A stretch of DNA of 64,000 bases from Yuukianura sp. NJ FZ-2021 (taxonomy: Eukaryota). The stretch spans positions 6,758,001-6,822,000 of the forward strand of contig CM102287.1 in NCBI GenBank assembly GCA_046563655.1, written 5' to 3'. The notes under the pieces were generated by a model. That model saw only the letters and a program-made list of their open reading frames with translations. It did no database searches and was not told the DNA's origin. The stretch's first letter is position 1. The number at the start of each line of letters is the position of its first letter. The translations under genes were made by a program, and so were the position numbers. This document shows, in pieces, positions 37,667 to 50,900 of this stretch.

Positions 37667-38388
37667 AGCTTGTTTCAAATAAGGCGATTATAATCCATTT
37701 TAGATTAATCTACGGTTGCGCGGTTACTCCAGCCCGATTATTTTCCCGATTATAATCGCCCAAAAAAGAATCCACAAAAAGGAGGATTCTTGCAGATTAA
37801 TCTGAAATTCCAAGTTTAGAAAACCATGCGACGAGACAGGGAAAGCCATCGAGCGGTCACGTAAAGTCATCTAGCGGTCAGAGAAAGTTATCTAGCGGTC
37901 ATAGAAAGACATCGAGCGATCGGAGAAAGTCATCGAGCGGTTGGTGAAAGTCATCGAGCGGACGGAGAAAGTTAGCGAATGGTAAGAGAAAATCATTCAC
38001 CGTTCAGAGAGCTTCACCTAGCGGTCGGTGAAAGTCATCTAGCGGTCATAGAAAGTCATCGAGCGGTTGGAGAAAGCTACGCACATTCCAACATTTCATT
38101 TATGGAGTGCTCCCTAATCGTCACTCTGACAGTTTTTTCACTTCCGCTCGATGACTTTCTCCGTCCGCTCGATGACTTTCACCAACCGCTCGATGACGTT
38201 CTCCAGCCGCTAGATAACTTTCTCTGACCTCTCCTCAACGTTCTCCGACCGCTTGATGAATGTCCAATCCTTCTCGCCTGTTGTCATTTTCGCAGCTGGA
38301 TTAATCTGCAAAAATATTCGGGCTGGAGTAACCGCGCAACCGTAGATTAATCTAAAATGGATTATAATCGCCTTATTTGAAACAAGCT
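37667..38388. mobile_element. MITE with ~70-bp perfect TIRs and an internal inverted 21-bp minisatellite
   Basis: agcttgtttcaaataaggcgattataatccattttagattaatctacggttgcgcggttactccagcccga matches its reverse complement at ~38318-38388. It is flanked by ATT on both sides (or TA if trimmed by 1 nt). Internal gaaagtcatcgagcggtc-type units at ~37841-38075, with reversed copies at ~38143-38260. Confidence 0.9.
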
Positions 38389-38749
38389 ATTGACTTCTGT
38401 ACTGAACACTGAATCTTTTTTTGTAGTTTTTAAGTTATAATTTTTTGAAAACAATTGTGTTGTCTGTCATGTTGAAGGCTCTGTGTTATCTATAAGCATG
38501 GGATATGTTAAGTACTATTGCAAGTGAAGTATGTAAACGCTAACAGTAACACCTCATTTGTGTGTAAATTAAAGGTTGATGTCCCGCAGTTCAAACTGGG
38601 ATCTTTACTGAATTTTCGGAGACGGGGATACGAAGAAACATCGAAATTCTTCAAACTCTCTAACAGGGCTCGCTGGTTTCATCGCTGGAACTGGAAACGT
38701 AACAATAGACTTTGCAGCGTAGAAGGGTCCAAACAAAAGCAAAAGTGCA

Positions 38750-41700
38750 ATGTTGGATACGGATAAGATATCGAGATGGTCCGACATGGACCTACGTCAT
38801 CTCGACCTACAAATGAATGGATACGTCCGAAATTATGAATCCAGTCCTTTTCCTGTTGATCCTGTAATCAACGGACGTGTGGCGTTATGGTAAAAAAAAT
38901 ACATTCATCAGTAACTCCGCATTCGTTGCTATTCCTCCACAGCTCTTGAATCCTTGTGGTAAAACAGACTAGGAATAGGAATACGACACAAATGAATTTC
39001 TTCGTGTTATTAATGTCTGGAGGTCACGGAACGAGGTGTTAATTGCTTCATTGTTTTGATTTATTGCTGCTTTTTCAGCTTTTCCTACCTCAAATCCAGT
39101 TTGCATGCGGAATCCTGGTCAGAAACGCCGAAGCTTTCCATTTAGCTCTAGTATTTCGTATGTCGTACTCAAAAATTGTTTTCCATTGGGAAAGAGAAAA
39201 CCAAAAGGATTATGGAAATTCTCTCAGTACTAGAATTTGCACTTAAGTTAATTTTAATTTTGAATATGGGAACATTCATCCCGTTTTGGTTAGAGCAGGT
39301 TACAGAACATAAGTTTAGAATCTGTAGCAAGTTTAGTGAAAATTGCAGGCCCCCTAAAGATGTTCTACTTTCCATCCATACCGACTTATCAATGTCGTAC
39401 CGCACTGAAATATTGTTGGACTTATTCTCATACTCAGACTATAGGAATTATGAAACAGCTTCTCAAATCGCAATAGGTAGCATCAGTTAAAGTGATGTTC
39501 GCTCACACCTTTTCCAATGACAAGGTCATCCTCCCATCCTAACGTCAGACTATGGTTTGAACAAGATATTTATGTTTCGTCATGCGCTAATAACGTACAA
39601 GAATGCAAACTTCTGATTCTGCTGATTGAGTGGTGATGATAAAAGCCAAAGTGGGCTCTTACGATAATGTCGCAAACATTCATAAAGTAAGTTCAGGAAA
39701 CAGATAGCAATTAACATTTCAGTAGAATTCATACCAATTTTCAGTCTAGAAACCTCGATGACCTAACGTTCTCTGGTCTCATCATCATCATCTTCAGTAT
39801 TAGGAGTACAACTGCAGAGTGACTAAAAGGCTAAGTTTAATTAACTAATCAACTTAAAAGCCATTTAACTTCGGGACCTTCAATTTTATATTAGACAAAT
39901 GACATCAAACAATCTTACCGACAACACTCTATGTGTGTCGTGGAGAATTGTTATATAATTACTTAACTAAATTGTTCCCCCCACAACTTTTGTGAGTCAC
40001 AAATTGTGACTGAGAGCAAGACTTAATTCCTGGCGACAAGAATGACGCATAAAATGTGAAATGTCACATATGGAATTTGCATGTGAGTGGGATTGTGCGG
40101 ACATCGATTTCCCAGCCTGTCAGTACTATTATAGTGATTGTAGGTTTGACTGATCAATACTGTTTTTTAATACTTCCCAAGTCCGAAGTACTTGTTTCAT
40201 CACTTCCTCACCTGAGAAAGTATTGTAATTACGGACGCGTAAGCTAATAAGTTTGTTCATTTTGTATTCGCAGGTATGGAGACGTCTTCTCATTGTGTAT
40301 GGATGGCTTGACACAATTGACAAATGAAGCCCTGTCCGATTTTCCTCCTGGATTACTTGAAAGGACTGGGCACGACTACCAACGTGAAATTCGTTCTGAA
40401 ATTCATTCAATCCGAACGGGTGATGCTAAAGTAATTTTAATTCAATTCAACGTTCAAAAAACATTTGAAGTTCTTAAACTTTTCTCTTGCTCAGAATTAT
40501 ATTGATGAATGTTTTATTATTCGTTTTTAGGTGATCAAATCTCATCCAAATCTTCCATGTCGACATGTCATCCTTACTGTTAGTCCTAAGTACTCGGATC
40601 AATACAAAACTGCTGCACAAACTGCACTCTTTAGTTGCTACAACACAGTACTTCAGGTATACTACATAATTCAAGTAGTAATACATTTGATTTCTCCGTT
40701 CCAATTTTTTTTTCAAATCAACTTTGTTTTTCTAAGCTTTCTCTGGAAAGGAGCTTGACAATTGTTGGAATTCCACCGCTTCACTACGGTGGAAAGACAT
40801 TGTTTCCGGATGAAATTGGTGTACATATTGCAATGCGGACAGTCAGGCGGTTCCTGGAGAAGGGCCACGCGTATCCAAGTCTTATCATCCTCAGCGTTCC
40901 GGATCCAAACCTATTCAGGTGATTGGGTAATATGGGAGGAAGAGTTTATATTTACAATAAGCATCCTGAAAAGTGCAGATAATTAGAGCTTCTGGATCAA
41001 AGCACTTCGCTAAATAAGAGCAGAGTGCAACTTTCACTTAACTCTTTTTTAATTTTGGCAGTTTGTACGAGTCTTTGATGGTTTCCTATTTTCCAAGAGA
41101 GTCTTCCCATGAAGAGTTCGCCTGTTCACGATTGCCAAAAGAAATTGGAGATGAAACTGGTGCTACATGGTGGCCAGACAGGAGAATTCGAATCTTCTCT
41201 AATCCCGCGGAGAATCCGAATCTGAGAGACGTTGATGATGATTCCAGTCAGCGCATTCTTCCAGAACTTAATCGGGATTTTGTAACGATGAAGGACGACG
41301 TGGACAAAGAACGGCTATTGTTTGACGCTCACGGTAGGAGACGGCCCAGTTTCCAGAGTATGAACGATAAGGAACGCCACATTGCAATTGAAATTGAAAC
41401 GAGAGAACGGTGAGCAACTGAATTTTATTACTCAGAGTCAAACTCGAGAGGTTATTGTTTTTATTTCTACAGTTTTAAATTCAACAACCAAATGTAAATA
41501 TAGATTCTTTTATGTCAATAGCTGACAAATCGATGTCAAGTGATTCCACTTCACTTGACAGTGCGTCAAACTTTAGCACCTAAGCAATAACTTTAGTAAT
41601 AGAGATTACTCACCCTGGTTCAGAATTTTTTTTATCTTTACTTTCTGAAGTACGGAAGAATTTGGATTTTCGTTAACAAAGCGCAATTCAACTAACTGGG

Positions 41701-42807
41701 AGTCAATTCATTATATCTCTTCCTTCCTTATCCGTTGTGGTGTCATTTTATTACTAGGAGCGTGAAGTTAAATTTCAAATCATCTAAGCTAATTTCCCCG
41801 GATTTAAAATCGTTGGCCCAAGTTCTCCGCATTTAATCATTAGTTTCAAATTCCTTTTCGAAATTACTTACTGTTTAAGTGTTAGAAGAAATGGAGTCTA
41901 CTGTGATAGGAATCCATGAAGACTCGTTAGTGACAAACAAAATGTTCATCGAACTTGGTTGATATTTAATTTGTTGTTTTTGTTTTAACAGGCAAGCTAG
42001 GATTCTGCGCAGAGCTCACGAAGAAGATTTGAGTTCCATTGCAAAAATTGGTTGCCTTTATCGAAGCGGTCTTGATAGGTTAGGACGTCCCGTGCTGGTG
42101 GTTGTCGGGAAATGGTTTAATCCAGATAGCATCGATTTGGGTAAGACTCTGACTCACATCATTATTATAATAACTTTAAGTAAACTGAACTCATAAATGT
42201 GGATGGAAAAATTAAATTGCGGTTAAATGGTTATAGATAAAGCGTTCCTATATTTGGTGAAATTGCTGGATGATATCAACGGTGACTACACAGTCATCTA
42301 CTTCCATACGAAAACGGAAACAGAAAATCGACCGTCCTTCCGCTGGATGAGATCTGTCTATGACAACATGGAGTACAGATTTAAGAAGAATCTCAAATCA
42401 CTATGCATAGTCCATCCAACCTTGTGGACAAAAGTAAGTGAATACATTAGCGCTAATTTTTGTACATCATATTAAACTCCTGCGAGGTCCACTCCGGAAA
42501 GCTTAAGGTTCTTGACGTTTTACAGATCTTAACCTGGTGGTTCACTACCTTCATGGCGCCTGCAATCAAGCCTAAGATCCAAAATATTGCTGGACTACAA
42601 GAACTGTTTACGATCATTGCGCCGAACCACTTACAGATTCCAGGGTACATTTCGGAACATGACATTACGCTGCATGGATTTGGCGGGGTTGCGTACTCCC
42701 TGAACCATTCTAAAACAAACACGCCTACTTCGGGAACAGTGCCAGGGATTGAAGGAACTTCTGTCTCTCTGGCTGATAGCCATTCTACAGCTCCACTCGG
42801 CGTTTAA
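38750..42807 (+). CDS. GDAP2: GDAP2 orthologue (N-terminal Macro domain + C-terminal CRAL-TRIO/BCH-like domain), 8 coding exons, 526 aa
   Basis: Exons assembled by hand with GT-AG junctions and consistent phases: 38750-38889, 40274-40430, 40531-40656, 40737-40918, 41062-41409, 41992-42140, 42237-42433, 42526-42807 (1581 nt, ends TAA). Family-typical peptides: SPFPVDPVINGRVALW-YGDV; IRTGDAKVIKSHPNLPCRHVILTVSPKY..YKTAAQTALFSCY; HIAMRTVRRFLEK; YFPR..LPKEIGDETG..PDRRIRI; LRRAHEEDLS..LYRSGLDRLGRPVLVVVGK; YRFKKNLKSLCIVHPTLWTKILTWWFTTFMAPAIKPKI. An in-frame TAG at 38720 lies upstream of the ATG. Probable 5'UTR intron 37656-38589. Confidence 0.95.
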
Positions 42808-43233
42808 AATACTTCGACTAACATAACTTTAGAATACTTCTTTGGTCATGAATCAGGACTCATGATTCAGATGGTTACTGAATCTTAACGAATTTTCTGC
42901 TCAAGACAACTAATAGTAGTTTCATAAAGTGGGCTACCGAGATTCAATGAAAACCATGTCAGTCCTTTTTAAGTTCCGACTTTTAACCTCAACACAACCC
43001 CTTTTCTCGAAAAACGCTTAAGAATTTAATTTAGTAGATTACAGACATTTTTTTTTCAGTTCCCGCAGTAGATGCAACATTCAACGTATGAAACGGAAAA
43101 GCAGAAAAATGTATAACCTGCGATTGTTTTTTCCCCAAGATTTCGATTTTTATCACGCTTCACAGCAGACCGCTGAAACACCGCATCTTCGTTGATGATT
43201 TTGATTTGTTGCAATTTTAATGTAAAGCTTTAA

Positions 43234-43774
43234 TTATTAAGTAGCGAAGCTACTTTATGTTCGGATTCATGTCTGTCTGTCCGTCTGTCCGTCTGTCCGT
43301 CTGTCCAGCGCAATTATCTCAGGAACTAGTGGACCGATTTGGTTCCGGTTTTCACCAATCAACATCCCATGACCCCAACCTGGTCACTATTGAATATTAT
43401 CCCGGTGGCTCAACTCCTTCCGGGTCAAAGGTCAAGTGCTTCGCTACTTTCGTATACTCCGGGTTACGACCGGATTTTTTTTCAATTGGTTTTGCTTTTG
43501 CTTCATAAATAGGAATTAGCTCTCCGTACCTTCCAATACGAAAACCAACCTTGCTATTAGCATGCAAATAAACCAGCTTTAAATGATTTCAACCAGAACG
43601 GAGGTAGATTTGGAGACGGATTTACTTTTTTCCAGTCAGTGAAAGTTGCACTGAGGTAAATGACTGCCCCATGTAACCGTATTGGTATACGACAGTAAAC
43701 ATCATAGTCCTTCGATTAAAATGTTAGTTTTAAACGGTCCTTTTTCCAGTGTAATAATACCGTTAGCTACTTAA
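43234..43774 (+). mobile_element. DINE-1/Helentron-associated non-autonomous element
   Basis: Starts ttattaagtagcgaagctac (hairpin gtagc-gaa-gctac). GTCY microsatellite gtctgtctgtccgtctgtccgtctgtcc at 43271-43306. Inverted subterminal copy tagctacttaa at 43764-43774. Confidence 0.65.
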
Positions 43775-44212
43775 CTAATTACCAATAACAAAACGACTTT
43801 AACCAAAGTAATACATATTCAATTATATGAGTCTGTCTCAATATATCGGTGCGTTTCCCGATTGTTATCTAGTCATTACGCCGTTGTTGAATAATGAGTA
43901 AATTAGTTTCCAAGTGTTAATGTACGTAAATATAATTTTAATCCCAACCAAAACCATGTAGTAGTAGGAAACGAAAGATATGCTTCATCGTGAACTATTT
44001 GCTGCAAATCTTAAGCGTTTATACAAAGGCGCCACATTTCCCAATGCACTTTTTAAATGTGTGTCTATTTTCATTCACAAACTGTTGCAGCTTCGACTGA
44101 TTATACCAAAGTTCCAATTCGATTACCATCCCGAAAGGTCGCCGATTTGCTTTTCAAGAAGCTAAATTGAAATTGACTCAATTTCTTGAAGAACTGAAGC
44201 AGGATAAAAGCA

Positions 44213-44989
44213 TTAGTGTCTATGAGATCGTATTTGATACGCCCCCGCATCTTTCGGCCTATTCTCAGCAGCATGTTTGAGTTCACGGAACGGAATATGA
44301 AGCGTCCTTTCTATTCCAGGAACTTTCACCGATCCCATACTTTCATCTTTTTTAAGTGGGAAAGACCTAACAAGGGCCAAATCCAGGGCTGCAAACAATA
44401 TTTTCTTAAATATTAAATATTTTTATATTTAAAAAAAATATTCCGCCATTTTAAAAAATATAAATATTTTTCTAAATTTTTGGCTGTTTTTGAAAAATAA
44501 TCAATATTTTTGTAAATATTTAGCCATCTCAGTGTTTTTCAAACCAAAATTTGGCATATTGGTGATATTTTTCGTTCGTGGTTAACAATTTTTTCTTCTT
44601 CAACCGATAAAAAAACACCAAAGCCATCTTTGGACAAATTCGATATCCTGTTAACTTTTAAGTCAAGCAAGAAAACATTGGACAAGTACACAAACATTCA
44701 AAATCCCGGTTGCGCTATATATCAGCTGATAAATTAACAAATGGCAACTGAATTTATGTGATTTCAAGTTAACATTTTGTAAATATTGACTTGGTTAGTA
44801 AATATTTTCTTAAATATAGTGCCCTTTTTTAGTAAATATTTCAATAAATATTTTGGGGGTTTTTAGTAAATATTTTTTGCAGCCCTGCAAATCATACTGG
44901 TATTCAGGATGCGAGGAAGCCGAATGAATGGAATCTTCTGGGTTGACTGCAGCATAGCGGAAGACTTTCACCTTCTCTCGGCTTGAACG
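44213..44989 (-). pseudogene. Possible decayed coding fragment split by the hAT-like MITE
   Basis: Removing 44384-44887 plus one TSD joins an 88-codon stop-free frame (..KVFRYAAVNPEDSIHSASSHPEYQYDL/ALVRSFPLKKDESMG..). No family recognised. Confidence 0.25.
44384..44887. mobile_element. hAT-like MITE (CAGGG TIR) with 6-bp TSD
   Basis: TIRs cagggctgcaaa / tttgcagccctg. Direct repeat caaatc at 44378-44383 and 44888-44893. AT-rich interior with many aaatattt subterminal motifs. Confidence 0.85.
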
Positions 44990-47900
44990 TCATTCCATAC
45001 CAAGATTGGAAGAGGCAATTCGGTTTACTTTTGTGTATCTAGTACAACCGTAGAAGTTATTGTTAGAATTAATAGAGCACCGTACTTTGAACCGTACGTA
45101 GTTGACCTTGATGACGTAGGAGGCGGGGGTGAGGACAAACTGTAACCTTCCAAGTGTCAAACTTTATTACGGTGAGACTTCAGCAGAAAGTTTGTCCAGA
45201 GAGTGGGGCAACCACAACGGTGGTTACTTTTAGAGCGTGGGTGGATATTGGCGAAAAAGCGGAGTCTGACGTCATTTGAACGTCGTGTTTTCTTTTGGTA
45301 TTCTTCCAGAACACGGTATGACGTCGGAGCAGAGCACGACACTGGAAGAACTGCTGGAACTCTTATCTTTCTCCAGCAGCTGCTTCCTTTCTCCAGTCAA
45401 ACACAAGCTTGTCAGCTCCACTTTCTACTTCAAATGAGACGCAGTAAGTCAACTGCTCGACGTATTTTCGTCACGGTTCCACGGTCATCCCAGGACCGTG
45501 CGCTGCCGTGTGCTCTTGGGACTCTCCAGGATTCGACTTGAGTACATAAGCAGTTCTTACGTCTATTTTTAAACTATGTATTTGATAAATAATTTGACAA
45601 CAGGGAATTGTAATCCTAAAGTAAGTGTAGGTATTGGCTCGACACCGAAAGTCACTGGAATAAATTGCAAATACAAACATGCCTACCTAACCTTGCCTTG
45701 ACCCATCGTTTTTCTGCAGGAAATGACATTAGAGCCTTTCTGCAAAGTTTTTGATTTCTGCTCATTTCAATTTGATTTTAAGGTTTAGTTAAAAGCTGAG
45801 TTATTAATCACATTTACAAAATTGCAATTTTGCAATTTCCAAAGTTAACCCGGGAGGTTATCTTCAGCACTAAGTTGCAGATATTCCTTTCATCAAGTGT
45901 CATTGCCTTTCAAGCCTTCCCTTTTCGTCGTCCATGAAATTGACAGATTTGGGGGCTTTTCAATCTTTTTGCAGTCTCAATGAATGACGTGAACCATGAA
46001 GTTAACATTTGTTTCAGATTTGCTACTCTTATTCATTTTTTTTCATTTCATATTCGTTGGTCACCAATGCTATCGTGCCGTACTTCGGTAGACATTTTTA
46101 ATTCACACATCGTTTTAAAAAACATCGAAAAAAAGTTGAGAATTTTTAAACCCTAGAAGTGGAAGAATCCACGAGCGCTTTTCATTCGCAGTAACCTTGC
46201 GTAACTTTTGATTTTGGCGAAAGGTTTTAATTCCAACACATATAATTTAGTATGATACATAACTAAAATTATTTACATGAAAATACTTTCGCTACATAAA
46301 ATTTATTTGAGAAGACGCTTTCTAGGCAGTTGGAACAAACGGAATTATAAAAACTGGGTGACAACTTGTTCGTATTTTGACGAAAACTTAACCAAATGCG
46401 TAATGTATTATGTCAAACTTCGGAAATCTGGATACAGAAAAATTCGAAAAAAAAAAATTGGTTTCCAAATTCGGAATTTCGCGAAGAACTCTTTTCATTT
46501 TTATGTATTTCTCTGCATCTGTTTCTGTACTTGTCTCTTCAGATGCGATGAAAAGTGTAGTGGGATGCAATGGGAGGATTGCCTCGTTAATTCCTTAACG
46601 GGAGCCTCACGGACGTAGTATTTTTTGGACCGGCTAGTGATGAACCTTAAAACTTATCATAGAAGTCTGCCTTGAGCATGTGAATTTTTGTGTTAAGATG
46701 TTTAAGTGTATCATTAACAGGCCAGCAGACTTTAGTTCGTTGAAAACGAATTCTGTACAATCAAATCCGTCCAAGAGTGTGCGAGAATTGCCTGTTCTAG
46801 GTTTTTCTCGTTTTCTCTCTCTCGTTTCCTGCCTTGTTCGTTCGCAAAACCATACCCCATTCCCCAGCTACCTACATTTGAATCTTGACACTGGAGGAGT
46901 GAGCAGTAGACAGGCATCCGCTCCTCAGATTTCAGGTTTCAATCTTACTCTCTGCAACAATAGCACTACGGTAAGGAGCTGTGACCTTTGACATCAAGTC
47001 TCACTACACTCTGAAGTTAGAAGTCACAAAATCGCTGATTCTCCGGTGGTTGTTTAATTATAACCTCCAGTCCAAGTCCTTGAGTGAGAAGTGCCGGCTC
47101 ATCTGGAATTCAGCAGAAATCAATTGACACCAATTTAAGAAAGGCTCATTGATTCTCTTCAAATTTCCAAGAACATTTTTAATTGAGCATTTGGGTAGAC
47201 CATAACTTGGAAGTTTAGAAACAAAGTCGCATCTTTGCTGTTGTTTGCTTGTGTCAAGTTCACCACAAGAAAAAAACTTTTTAAGCTCCAAATAAATTAG
47301 AAAGGAAGAGTTTTGGTTCTGGAAGTAAAACTTCTTCATCCATTTAACATTGAAAACTGACCCAGGAAGGACATATAACAGCAACTGGCTAGCAACAAAT
47401 CAACTACTGGACTCCACAGTGACTTTCAAGAGGAAATCAAGTTCAACTTCCCATCGAATTCAACTTAAAGGTAATAAAACGTTTACATTTTGAATTTATT
47501 TTGAAGAGTTGCATTAGTAAGCGTCAACAGTGAACGAAAAGCGCTGAAGTTGTAAAATCGCTCAAGCGATTATCATAACCCTCAATTATTCAGGAAGGTA
47601 CGGCTCGTGGTCAACCAATAGTGGTAAATGTTATGTTGATAAACACGATGGATTTAGCTTCTTCAAATACTTTTAGTAGTAGCTGACAGCGTCAACGTCA
47701 ATTTTTTTAGACACGCAACGTTCATTTGCCCTTACCTAAAGCTGTCTTACGCTAATCCAGTTTTGTACTTTGAATTATTCACAACTTAGCACAGTTTTGT
47801 CAAGGAAAAGAATCGTTTAAGAATCAATACGTTCCTAATTTAAATCCGCAACAATGGGTCATTGCAAATTTTGCAAAATTGCCAAGCGTGTGCCTTTGTC

Positions 47901-50900
47901 ATGCGCTCCAGAATTTTTAGCTTTCATGCTTTCATTTTTGTTCGAATGTTCCAAAATCTGGAGCGGCATACACAGAATCAGGGCACTATTTTTAAATGAT
48001 CGTAAATTCGGTGCGGCGCCTGCGTACTCGAGAGGAATCTTCCTTCGCTTCAGGTCTTAGCGCTTGCGCTAAAATCTTATGCCCAGCCAGAGCTCATCAG
48101 CATCGGTTCTTGGAACTGAGCCAGGGTGTACGTGTTAATTAATAATTTACACACGAAAGACAGTGTTATGCGCATTTATGGTACTGGCTATGAGTTACTA
48201 GGATCTGAGAAACCAAGGGAATCAACCTGGATAAAACTTGCCTTTTCATCCTTTTGACATTGACAAAGCACTTGAGTACTTTGTTGTTAGCTGTTTCTAC
48301 CTTGGTCCATGGCTCAAAGGCACAGATCACAGCTTCAGGTTGTGAGATTCTGATTCAAGAGACTGCGAAGTAAAGAGGTATAAATTCATTCCTGCATTAT
48401 CAACTTCGTATTCTTTTTTGTTTAAGCTCCTCCTCTTAATATACTTGAAGATGCGATGATCTTCAGCACAGAGTTCCTATCTAGTTTATTCCATTTGGTC
48501 AGGGAAAGAGGATACTGCTGGACAAATGGACTTGACATTGTACACTCTTATAAAAGATTTAAAAATGCAGCAACAGAAATCAAACAGCGCCGTGATTTTG
48601 TTTGCTTTGACCCCGCAGGCCATCTTAAACTACTCGAACATTGTGTGTTCTCCGCTTGGTGATACTGATAGCCTTTTATTCGCAAAATACAAAATTGAAT
48701 CTTAGGTACTCGCAGAGGCTTTTGCCAAAATTCAGCACTCTGGATAGCTATGTCATTAGTTTACATTGAATTTGATTTTTATTCTTTTAACAATAAGAAA
48801 GAGTATGAAGTTGCAGTTAACGGAATTCATTTTGACATGTGGTTTGTGCTTCTCGCTTTCCAAAAGCGTGATCTGACGTAAAGCAATTGTCGTCTCCTAA
48901 TATCATCTCGTGGAAAAACAGCATCAGCATCACTGAATATTGTTTAAAAACAGCTTAACAATAATGTACTTCAAATTGTGGTTTTGGTTTTTTGAAAGAA
49001 CCGTTGATGTAGGTCTGACGTCATTGAAACTAAATAAGCGTTTAATCTTTTGCAAGCTTTTTACACAAAAAGTATCGAAGTTGGCAATTCTGTTCCTGTG
49101 GTTCTTTGTCCTGTCCTTTACCTTTTTGACACAGACGAGGATTTAAGTGTCGCCAATCGATTATTGAGATGTGCTAACTGCTAGTAAAGTGTACAACATA
49201 ATATTATACTGTTAAGGGAAATAACGTTTGGTTTGCTAAACAGTTTAAGGTCGAATTGCTTTAAACTATTAAGCCAATTTTCCCATTGGAAATAGCTGTC
49301 AAATTGCCTCAGACACAGTTTGACAACAACATAGTAATGTTGTCAGTCACTAGTAGTCAGTGGAGCCACGGATGAGGTGACACTTGCCGCATAGACTTGT
49401 TGCAAATGTTTTAGCGTTTCAGTGATGAAAGGCATCCTTTATGGAGCAACAATTCAAAAGCGAAGCTTATGCACCACTCAACATAAGACTAGTGATAGTT
49501 AGGTTAGAACTGTTTCCAAGTATGAAAGTACTTTGTTTTGTTGATGAACTCTACTCTTGGGGAGCGTTTATGTTTTATGAGCATTTTGCCTCTACCTGGC
49601 TATTGTAAACTGCATTTTAACAATTTCCGAGGAACTTATTTGGTGACGCACCTAGGGATTTTTAGACTAATTTTGGAGTCGAAATGACTATCATTTTCAG
49701 TTTGCATTCATGAGTACCAAAAGCAGAATTTGAATTTTCAAAAAACTAAATTTTACAAAAACAGCTTTAGCATTTTACGCCTCGGGCTAAGTTAGGCATA
49801 ACAATTTAGTGTATCAATACATATGTCGATAAGAATGTAGAATCTGTGTCACTCTTGAACTGAGAACCTTGAAAAGTACCACAGTATCTCAAATATCATC
49901 TTGAACAAAAGTTTATGCAGCGAAACATTTTAAAGGTAAAGCTGAATTCGAGTTGCCAAAAGGGAGATTTGGCAATACCCAGTGGCATTTAATTGGAAGA
50001 ATCACACTCACATCTTAATTAAAAATCGACGGAGCCTAGAAGTTAATAAACATTTTGTTATTTTCTTTTTGTGTACAAGGGCTCTCCACCACGCCTTAAC
50101 TCGTTTGTCTCATGTTAGTTAAATTCATGGATGAACAGGAATCACGATTAGCCTTCTTCTATGCCTCCTTGCACACATTAGCACTTAACTAAAGTTTTAG
50201 AAGTCATTTCTCAATCAATTTTTATTACATTGTTTTATAATCGCTGCATTACAGGTTTAAGAAAAGAATAAAGTAAATTGATTCCTAACGGCCTTCACAT
50301 TTTGTTTGTTTTTAGAATGTTTTCCTTTTTGTCACCAATTTAGTTTAGTCTTCCGGATTTATTATGTTTCTTTTTTTCTGCAGTTTAGTACCTCGTGGTA
50401 CAAAAAATGTAATTTAATGTGTCAATTTACGACCTATAAAGCATAAGTAGCGAATTTCTGCTATTGCTTTCTCATTTTGTAAAGTTGCACTTGACTTGCA
50501 TATTGATTGCACTAATAACTTACGTTTAATTTTTCCTTGTTCTTAGGTACATATCTTTTTTTTTGCTAGTTTTGCCATTTCTGTTTTGATATAATTAGGA
50601 GGTTAAGCTAACGCTGAAAGGTAACTTTACACGACTAGTGTAAAGGAAGTTACTGACAAGAATTGTAGGCTTGGGAAGAATATTTCCTTGTGTGTGGTTT
50701 TTAGCCAGTGTCCATGTAGTTAACAAGTCGAAACTGAAATGGAAACTGATTCTGAAATTGAAATTGTTAGCAGAGAGCTGGTTTTAAATTTTTCTGAATG
50801 TAGTTTTGCAACTATGTTTTATATTTTTGATAATTTACAAATTTTAAATTACAATTTCCAAAGTCAGTGGTTTTACAGAAAAACCTGTCTTCTAGCAACT

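Noticed and set aside
37841..38075. Regular repeats resembling a CRISPR array
   Set aside because: Head-to-tail 21-bp units with no unique spacers, no cas genes, and a eukaryotic context.
37979..38227. ORF with repeated ESHLAV / PLDDF peptides
   Set aside because: It is a translation of the 21-bp minisatellite inside a MITE.
44384..44887. Second possible introner (TIR contains TTTGCAG acceptor, flank has GTATGA donor)
   Set aside because: Donor and acceptor phases disagree and the join gives an early stop.
46800..46976. Possible non-coding first exon ending at donor GTAAGG (46971)
   Set aside because: A single splice-like signal; no downstream coding exon is identifiable in the window.
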